NCBI GenBank assembly: GCA_030535355.1
Contig: JAUNIO010000007.1
Coordinates: 15,742 to 79,741, forward strand
DNA from: a bacterium
GTDB lineage: Bacteria > Vulcanimicrobiota > Xenobia > Xenobiales > Xenobiaceae
DNA: 64,000 bases
Reading direction: 5' to 3'
The notes beneath the pieces are model-generated. The model worked only from the letters and a program-made list of their open reading frames with translations. It made no database searches and had not been told where the DNA came from. Both the position numbers and the translations under genes were made by a program. Numbering within the stretch: position 1 is the first letter of the stretch; each line of letters opens with the position of its first letter. Below, piece by piece: positions 57,406 through 64,000 of the stretch.

Positions 57406-58203
57406 TTACACCACGGCCAGCAGAACTTTACCAGTGCCGCGGAAGGCGTTGACCAATCCCTCACCGGTAGTATTAGATTCTATGGCGTTTTTCAAGAACC
57501 CAAAAGCGCCAGAATTAGTCTTTTCCGCTTTCTTGGTGGCAAATTCCGAAGTGAACTGCAAAGAGCTAGACCAAGCCACAGCAAAATTGCCGTCAACGCG
57601 CAGAGCATCGTCCTGCAGCTCAACTTCAACCAAGTGCTCGATGGGCACGGGACTTTCCAGCAGCACCACTCCTTCGCCCTCGCAGGAAAGATGGAAAAAA
57701 CCCTGACCGCTGGTCATAGCCGTGCCCAGGCTCTTTTCTGTTTTGACCCTTAAAGTGACCGACCCCTCACAGCCCAAGAAAGCGCCATCATTGAGCATTA
57801 TGCCGCCCCATTCTTCCACGCGCAGCATAAACATGGGTTTTAAAGTAGGCTCCAGCATCAGCAGGCCGGTACCGTAATACAAAGGCTTAATAGCCGATTC
57901 ACCCGTCATCTTGCCGGATACAATTTTGGAAATATAATCAGCGGCACCTTTGACATTGGAAGAGAGACTGACATCGCCGAGCATCCACTGCATGGCACCG
58001 GAAGATATCATAAAGGATGATTGATTGAGGGTTATCAAAGCCTGACGGTAATGAATATTCATCTTGGAGAAGTAATAGAGCGTACTCATAGAGCTCAGAT
58101 TGGAAACATTCATATTGCGCTGATGCTCGATAATGCGCACTGGCCCCAATTCCGAGATCACTTTAACATTGGGGTTTTCAATCAGATTATTGACTTTATA
58201 CAT
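57406..58203 (-). CDS. AIM24 family protein, paralog 3
   Basis: I moved the start to MYKVNNLIENPNVKV at 58203. It is colinear with paralogs 1 and 2. Confidence 0.75.
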   Translation of the reverse strand: MYKVNNLIENPNVKVISELGPVRIIEHQRNMNVSNLSSMSTLYYFSKMNIHYRQALITLNQSSFMISSGAMQWMLGDVSLSSNVKGAADYISKIVSGKMTGESAIKPLYYGTGLLMLEPTLKPMFMLRVEEWGGIMLNDGAFLGCEGSVTLRVKTEKSLGTAMTSGQGFFHLSCEGEGVVLLESPVPIEHLVEVELQDDALRVDGNFAVAWSSSLQFTSEFATKKAEKTNSGAFGFLKNAIESNTTGEGLVNAFRGTGKVLLAVV

Positions 58204-58395
58204 GACACCCTCCCTTGCTGGCAGCTTAGCAAATACACTCATGTGTATTCATGATATTGTTTATAGAAAACAACGTACGTTACCTTTAGGGGCAATGTCA
58301 TATACACAAAAAAAGGATTGAACTCTGTTTTCTCTAAAAAAATGAGATTGTGCAATAAAATGTGCTTATTCCAGATTTAATAGGGGTACTTAATT

Positions 58396-59994
58396 TTGTC
58401 AGACACCCAAAATAACAGCGCCCCAGCTCCGGCCCCAGACAAAAAGAAACAGCCCAAAGGCCTGTACATCTTATTCGGCACCGAAGCTTGGGAACGTTTT
58501 AGCTACTACGGTATGCGCGCCATCCTCGTGCTGTATCTCTGCGATGCGGTCATGAACGGCGGCAAAGCATACTCCCGCGCCGACGCCTTAGCGCTTTACG
58601 GCATCTATACCGGTTTGGTCTATCTAACCCCCATGATTGGCGGCTACTTGGCAGACCGCTTCTTAGGAGCGCGCAAAGCCATCATCATCGGCGGTATTAC
58701 TATGGCCTTAGGCGAACTGTGCATGGCCTTTCCCGCCCTTCTCTATCCCGCTTTAGCCCTGCTGATTATCGGCAACGGATTCTTTAAACCCAACATTTCC
58801 AACATCGTAGGCGGGCTCTACGACGACAATGATCCGCGCCGCGACGGCGGTTTCACCATATTCTATATGGGCATCAACCTAGGTGCCTTCTTCTCGCCCT
58901 TGGTCTGCGGCACTTTGGCCTCAATGTACGGCTACCGCTGGGGATTTATCGCAGCCTGCCTGGGCATGGTCATCGGCCAGATCATCTTCAACCTAGGCTT
59001 TAAGCATTACGGCCTGACCGGCTATCCCCCAGATATGAAATATGTCAAGCCGGGAACTCCTCTGCGTTTCAAAGACTGGTTCGATATCTTCGCTTATATC
59101 GCCGCCATAGGGGCGATCATCGCCGCCTCAATATTTATCGGCAAAGCGGCTGTGCCCAACAATATCAACGCGCCCCTGCCCATTGCCGTGGCGATATTTG
59201 CCCTGGCCGCCGTAGCCCTGTCTTTCACCTCTAAGAAAAATAGCGGCAGCCCCGTCCCGTCGGCATCCCAGGCAGCCATCGAAGCAGCTACCGCTGCCCC
59301 TGCCGGCAGCTCGAAGATGGTGCTCGGTTTCACCGTGGAAGAATGGCAGCGCATCGCGGTTATCGTCATTCTCTCCTGTTTCGTGATCTTCTTCTGGATG
59401 GGCTTCGAACAGGCCGGAGGTTCCATGACGCTCTTCGCCGAGCAGAAGACCGACCGCGCCGTAGGCAGCTTCACCATTCCCGCTTCCTACTTCCAGGCCG
59501 TCAATCCCTTCATTATCTGCACCTTTGCCCCTCTCTTCTCCATGATGTGGTACGCTTGGGACAATTCCAAGTACAAAATCTCCACGCCCTACAAGATGGT
59601 CATCGGCTTATTCTTCCTGAGCTTAGGTTTTGTGGTCATGTACATAGCCGACGGACGCGTGGTGTTAGACAGCGCGGGCAACGTTTCCCAAGGAGTCAGT
59701 CCCTGGTGGCTGGCTTCAGTGTATTTCCTGCACACCATGGGCGAGCTTTGCCTGTCTCCCGTTGGCCTCTCCATGGTAACTAAACTGTCCCCGCAGCGCA
59801 TAATGTCGGTGATGATGGGCTTCTGGTTCCTCTCCTCCGCCGCCGCCAACTACATGGCCGGTATGCTGGAGACCCTGCTTTCTAGCACGGGCATGAATAT
59901 GTGGCACTTCCTCATCCTCTCCTCTGCCGGAGCGGGTGTGTTCTTGCTCTGTCTCTGCCCCATCCTGAAGAAGTGGATGCACGGACGGGCCTAA
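58396..59994 (+). CDS. dtpT: POT/PTR2 family di-/tripeptide:proton symporter
   Basis: Contains the PTR2 signature GTEAWERFSYYGMRAILVLYL and FYMGINLGAF. It has many transmembrane segments and a TTG start. Confidence 0.85.
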   Translation: MSDTQNNSAPAPAPDKKKQPKGLYILFGTEAWERFSYYGMRAILVLYLCDAVMNGGKAYSRADALALYGIYTGLVYLTPMIGGYLADRFLGARKAIIIGGITMALGELCMAFPALLYPALALLIIGNGFFKPNISNIVGGLYDDNDPRRDGGFTIFYMGINLGAFFSPLVCGTLASMYGYRWGFIAACLGMVIGQIIFNLGFKHYGLTGYPPDMKYVKPGTPLRFKDWFDIFAYIAAIGAIIAASIFIGKAAVPNNINAPLPIAVAIFALAAVALSFTSKKNSGSPVPSASQAAIEAATAAPAGSSKMVLGFTVEEWQRIAVIVILSCFVIFFWMGFEQAGGSMTLFAEQKTDRAVGSFTIPASYFQAVNPFIICTFAPLFSMMWYAWDNSKYKISTPYKMVIGLFFLSLGFVVMYIADGRVVLDSAGNVSQGVSPWWLASVYFLHTMGELCLSPVGLSMVTKLSPQRIMSVMMGFWFLSSAAANYMAGMLETLLSSTGMNMWHFLILSSAGAGVFLLCLCPILKKWMHGRA

Positions 59995-60018
59995 GCGAGA
60001 GCATAATTCAGATACCAT

Positions 60019-60057
60019 AAAAAAATCCCCAGAGCGCTTGCTCCGGGGATTTTTTTA
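60019..60057. terminator. bidirectional terminator between dtpT and htpG
   Basis: An A7 tract, the TCCCCAGAGC-GCTT-GCTCCGGGGA hairpin, then a T7 tract. Confidence 0.7.
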
Positions 60058-60085
60058 TAACCAAACTAAGCTATTTGCTGAGCAC

Positions 60086-61993
60086 TTATTTGCTGAGCAC
60101 CTTGGTCAAGATATCGGTCAGGCTATGGGCAAACTTGCCGGGATCGGACAGTTCGCCGCCTTCAGAAATAAGCGCCTGGCCATAGAGAACCTCCACCACG
60201 CTCTTCAGTTCGGGATCGTCGTGGCGCTCTTCGTAAAGCTCGTGCAATTTCTCCACTAAGGGATGCTCGGCGTTGAGTTCCAGCACGCGCTTGACAGGAG
60301 GCATCTCGTGGCCCATAGCCTTCATCATCTTCTCCATGGCCGGAGAAGGAGCATCTCCGTCAGCGACCAGGCAGGCAGGAGAGCTGGTCAGACGCGAAGA
60401 CAAACGCACCTCTTTGACCTGCTCGGAGAGGCTGCTGCCCATCCAGCTCAGCAGGGAAGCTAAATCCTTTTTGCGCTCATTGAGCTTTTCTTCCTTAGCT
60501 TTCTTCTCGTCTTCGTTTTCGGCGGAGACATCACTGCGCAGCACCGATTTGAAGCTCTTCTCTTTATAGTTATCGACCATCTCGATCCAGAAGGCATCTA
60601 CGGCGTCGCTGAGGAGCAGAACTTCGTAGCCCTTGGCTTTAAAGGCCTCCAAATGCGGGGAATTCTCCATAACTGCCCGGTTTTCGCCGGTGATGTAATA
60701 GATAGCGTCCTGACCTTCGGGCATCCGCTTGATATAATCCTCCAACGAGGTCAGTTCCTCGGAATTAATGGAAGGCAGCAGGACCAAATCCAGCAAAGTG
60801 GTGTTCTGCTCAGGAGAGCGGAACAGGCCCTCTTTAAGGATGCGCCCAAATTCACCCCAGAATTTTTTATAAACGTCGAAGCGCTCTTTCTTCATCGTTC
60901 CCAGCGTGCTGAGCACCTTGCGGGTGATGCCCTTGTTGATGGCGCGAATCTGGCGATCTTTCTGCAGCAGTTCGCGGGATACGTTCAGCGATAGATCCTG
61001 GGCATCGACTACGCCTTTGATAAAGCGCAGATAGTCGGGGACGAGCTCTTCGCAGCGGTCCATGATGAAAACGCGCTTGACGTAAAGCTGCACACCCTTG
61101 TGGAATTCCGCAGTGAATAGATCGGGAGTGGCATGTTCGGGTATAAACAGCAGCGACTGGAATTCGAAGGTACCTTCGCCCTTAAAAGCAATAGTTTCCA
61201 GCGGATCGTTCCAATCGTGAGCGATGTGCTTATAAAACTCGTTATACTCCTTAGCCTCAACTTCATCACTGCTGCGGGCCCACAGGGCTTTCATAGAGTT
61301 AAGCGTCTCGTCTTCTTCGGTAACTTCATCGTCATGCTTGTGAGTCACCTTCATAACCACAGGATAAGCGATAAAATCGGAATAGCGCTTGACCAAATCG
61401 CGCAGCACCCATTCGGAGGTGTAGTCAGAGATTCCGTCCTCTTCATCCACAGGCTTTAACTTCAGAGTGATAGTAGTTCCCTGAGGGCGCTCGCCCTCGA
61501 TCTCCTCTATAGTATAGCTGCCGTTGCCATCGGATTCCCAGCGGTAAGCTTGGGCTTCGTCAATTTTGCGGGTTTCGATCGTAACCTTGTCGGCCACCAT
61601 AAACACCGAATAAAAACCTACGCCGAACTGGCCGATCAGCTCAGCGGAATTAGCTTCGCTCTGGCTGTTTTTTATCTTGCTGATAAATTCCGCCGTGCCA
61701 GAACGGGCGATAGTGCCGATCAGCTCGCGCAGCTCCTCGCCATTCATGCCAATACCGCAATCGACAACGCTCAAAGTGCGCTCATCCTTATTGGGAACTA
61801 AGCGTATCTGCATGTTCTCGGTATCGGCTTTGAGTTCGCTGTCTGTCAAAGTGCGCAAACGCAGTTTATCCATAGCGTCGGAAGCGTTAGAGATGAGCTC
61901 GCGCAGAAAAATATCCTTGTTGGAATAAATCGAATTGATAACTAAGCTCAGCATCTGCTTAGCTTCAGCCTGGAATTCATAGGTCTGAGCCAT
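60086..61993 (-). CDS. htpG: molecular chaperone HtpG (Hsp90)
   Basis: The N-terminus YEFQAEAKQMLSLVINSIYSNKDIFLRELISNASDA and GQFGVGFYS are Hsp90 signatures. Confidence 0.95.
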   Translation of the reverse strand: MAQTYEFQAEAKQMLSLVINSIYSNKDIFLRELISNASDAMDKLRLRTLTDSELKADTENMQIRLVPNKDERTLSVVDCGIGMNGEELRELIGTIARSGTAEFISKIKNSQSEANSAELIGQFGVGFYSVFMVADKVTIETRKIDEAQAYRWESDGNGSYTIEEIEGERPQGTTITLKLKPVDEEDGISDYTSEWVLRDLVKRYSDFIAYPVVMKVTHKHDDEVTEEDETLNSMKALWARSSDEVEAKEYNEFYKHIAHDWNDPLETIAFKGEGTFEFQSLLFIPEHATPDLFTAEFHKGVQLYVKRVFIMDRCEELVPDYLRFIKGVVDAQDLSLNVSRELLQKDRQIRAINKGITRKVLSTLGTMKKERFDVYKKFWGEFGRILKEGLFRSPEQNTTLLDLVLLPSINSEELTSLEDYIKRMPEGQDAIYYITGENRAVMENSPHLEAFKAKGYEVLLLSDAVDAFWIEMVDNYKEKSFKSVLRSDVSAENEDEKKAKEEKLNERKKDLASLLSWMGSSLSEQVKEVRLSSRLTSSPACLVADGDAPSPAMEKMMKAMGHEMPPVKRVLELNAEHPLVEKLHELYEERHDDPELKSVVEVLYGQALISEGGELSDPGKFAHSLTDILTKVLSK

Positions 61994-62050
61994 AATTGAA
62001 CTGTTTCACTCCTATATTTTTAATTATCAGTTAAAAAGAATTAGTCATTT

Positions 62051-62545
62051 TATGCAGTTAAAGCTTGATGAGCAACCCCCTCTGTCGCATTCGCGGCATC
62101 CTGTATTTGCATATTCACAGCCTCAGCGCCTGGCTTTCTTGCGTCAGCTTCTGCCCGCTACGCTGCTTCGCTACGCTCAGAGGCTAGCCGATTACCACCC
62201 AAACGGCATTAATTATACACAAACAATATTATAGAATCGTTAGATTCGCATTATAAATATGTAACCGTCAAATATGATTGCTTCGGCGTTTAGTGAAATG
62301 CTAATGTTTACGCTTACAGCTTTGTCCCCTCCCTCTATCGCATTCATAACACCTTATATTTGCATATTCGCAGCCTCAGCGCCTGGCTTTCTTGCGTCAG
62401 CTTCTGCCCGCTTCGCTGCTTCGCTACGCTCAGAAGCTACGCTTAGCAGAACTGCCGCAACGCCAGGGCAGCAAAAATCCTTTAGGGTGAGTTAGACAGT
62501 TCGCTTGTTAGCTAATCGATTACTAAACAACATTACAGCTAATAT
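62051..62545 (+). repeat. two tandem composite copies of a MITE-related repeat
   Basis: The block ATTTGCATATTC(A/G)CAGCCTCAGCGCCTGGCTTTCTTGCGTCAGCTTCTGCCCGCT occurs at about 62105-62190 and about 62345-62440. The second copy ends with the MITE 3' end at about 62480-62540. A related segment lies at 30140-30265. Confidence 0.6.
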
Positions 62546-62550
62546 ATAAT

Positions 62551-62579
62551 AAAAAAAGGCCCGCTGTGCAGCGGGCCTT
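62551..62579 (-). terminator. intrinsic terminator of the 62600-63154 gene
   Basis: On the minus strand, AAGGCCCGCTG-CAC-AGCGGGCCTT is followed by T7. Confidence 0.75.
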
Positions 62580-62599
62580 ACAATATGATCAGGCCTACC

Positions 62600-63154
62600 C
62601 TACTTATCTTTTTCGACAGGGTCGATTGGCTGAGCCACGACGGGATCAATGGGATCCCAGACGATGAAACGAGCATCGATGTTCTGAGCAGAATGATTCT
62701 CTACGCGAACAGTAATATTCTCGTAATTCTCGCCATCACGGGGAATGCTCCAGGGACTGTTAACGCGGGCATTCTTATAAGAACCGATCTCATCACCGTT
62801 GGGATTATAGAACTTCACCACAAAGTTCTCTAAACGGTTGCTAGTGGGAGATGCCATACCTAATAAATCACTGTAGCACTTGTGATTGGTAGTCATCGAC
62901 ATATTGAAATGCGAAGTTTCAAGCATCCAATATTTACCGTTCTTCGCAGAGAACTCAACATAACTGTTGGGATAGAAGAAGAAATTCGTGGTATGAGAGG
63001 GATACTGGGCGACATTGTAGGAAAACGGACCTAAATCGGTCTGGTAGTTAACCTGCCCTATATCCTCATTAGCCATAGCCGGCACAGCAGTAACCGCCAG
63101 AGTTCCCAGCGACAGCGTGGCCAGCAGGAAGAGTGTGGCCGTAAATTTACGCAT
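62600..63154 (-). CDS. secreted hypothetical protein
   Basis: Signal peptide MRKFTATLFLLATLSLGTLAVTAVPAMA. No recognisable domain. Confidence 0.6.
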   Translation of the reverse strand: MRKFTATLFLLATLSLGTLAVTAVPAMANEDIGQVNYQTDLGPFSYNVAQYPSHTTNFFFYPNSYVEFSAKNGKYWMLETSHFNMSMTTNHKCYSDLLGMASPTSNRLENFVVKFYNPNGDEIGSYKNARVNSPWSIPRDGENYENITVRVENHSAQNIDARFIVWDPIDPVVAQPIDPVEKDK

Positions 63155-63329
63155 ATTAGCCTACTCCCCTCGCTTTCTTGGCCCCCTCGGGCCTATAAAT
63201 TATATCCCCGAGGTTGCCGAAGTTACCCTCGAGAGCGGACTTAGAGCGCGCATTGCGCATGCTAGTCCTTAACCTACTAAACGTAGGAATGATTCTTTCC
63301 AGGACAAAAGAGCATTTCCTTCTTATCAC

Positions 63330-64000
63330 CTAAATAACCTGGCCAAAAAAAGAGCGGTTTTCCCAACAGGAAACCACATGCATTCCGCAGGCATTCATTT
63401 CTTCCACGCAGCTGTTAAACTCATCGATAGAGCCGCAAAAAACAACACGCCACTTAGAACTGTCCAAAACATTGCGCCGCAGAGAAATTACCCTGGCATC
63501 GGCAGAAAACTTCTTCATGTAAGCCATAGCTTTATAGCCAACCTGAGCGTTTAGCGTCTGAATCTGAAAAAGATGATAGCGGGTCAGCTGAGACTGCAAA
63601 TCAGCGCTTCTGCCCTGAAGAAACATATAGCCGTTTTCTAAATAACAAAGCTGATCCGCCAATTCGGCAAAATCTCCCAGCTGAGACCCCGACAAAAGCA
63701 AAGCTTTGCCGCGCCGCCGAATATTATTGAGAATATCCAGGAAAGATTTTATGTGCAGATGGTCAACATCTGTCAAAACTTCATCAATGACCAGCAGGCG
63801 CGGGTCATGGACTAAAGCTCTGGCCAGGCACAGGCAGCGCCGCTTATATTCATCTTCTAAATCTCCTATCAGCGTATCTTCGTAGCCTTCCAGATGGACC
63901 AAAGCTAAGGCCTCACGGATAATATAAGGCCGGTAATGCCGCTCCACGCCAAATATCTCCGAAAACATGCCCAGATATTGCAGACAAGTCAGTTCCGCAT
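63330..64000 (-). CDS. ABC-transporter ATP-binding protein, 5'-truncated by the window edge
   Basis: The Walker B sequence LLVIDE is preceded by a degenerate signature region. The reading frame stays open to position 64000. Confidence 0.55.
   Translation of the reverse strand, partial: AELTCLQYLGMFSEIFGVERHYRPYIIREALALVHLEGYEDTLIGDLEDEYKRRCLCLARALVHDPRLLVIDEVLTDVDHLHIKSFLDILNNIRRRGKALLLSGSQLGDFAELADQLCYLENGYMFLQGRSADLQSQLTRYHLFQIQTLNAQVGYKAMAYMKKFSADARVISLRRNVLDSSKWRVVFCGSIDEFNSCVEEMNACGMHVVSCWENRSFFGQVI

Noticed and set aside
1-64000. tRNA, rRNA, tmRNA or RNase P RNA genes
   Set aside because: Scanning the intergenic regions by eye, I found no T-loop (GGTTCGAATCC-like) contexts or rRNA-like conserved blocks. 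This is not exhaustive; tRNAscan-SE and Infernal should confirm it.

Overview
This is one contiguous bacterial chromosomal fragment. I found no rRNA, tRNA or CRISPR array.

**Core regions (about 0.3-28 kb and 51-64 kb).** These carry ordinary housekeeping genes:
- recJ, ychF, mnmG-rsmG
- a Firmicutes-like mnmE-jag-yidC-yidD-rnpA-rpmH cluster; rpmH is missing from the ORF track, and no dnaA sits next to it
- adenosine deaminase, an S8 protease, an M2 peptidase, speA, pepT, a POT peptide transporter, htpG
- three paralogous AIM24-family genes

**Accessory island (about 28.2-50.8 kb).** It is bracketed by same-strand paralogous lipoprotein genes: two intact copies, one decayed copy and one remnant.

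**Island contents.**
- An AlbA_2/HATPase_c_4 regulator-like gene preceded by iteron-like AAAAGTAAAAT repeats.
- A complete diversity-generating retroelement (DGR), arranged target-avd-TR-RT. The template repeat (TR) and variable repeat (VR) differ almost only at TR adenines, and the VR carries a 1-nt deletion.
- Immediately upstream on the same strand, a run of genes that I cannot assign to any described system:
  - a GrpE-like coiled-coil protein
  - a 1021-aa Hsp70-like ATPase
  - a 1131-aa HerA/FtsK-like P-loop ATPase with a Ser-rich disordered insert
  - a glycine-zipper membrane protein
  - three unknown proteins

This DGR-linked NTPase locus is my top candidate for a new conflict or defence system.

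**Repeats.** The window also holds a MITE-like repeat family with terminal inverted repeats and 9-11 bp target duplications. One copy sits exactly in the ychF-stop/mnmG-start overlap.

**Limits.** All domain calls come from motifs read by eye. No searches were run.
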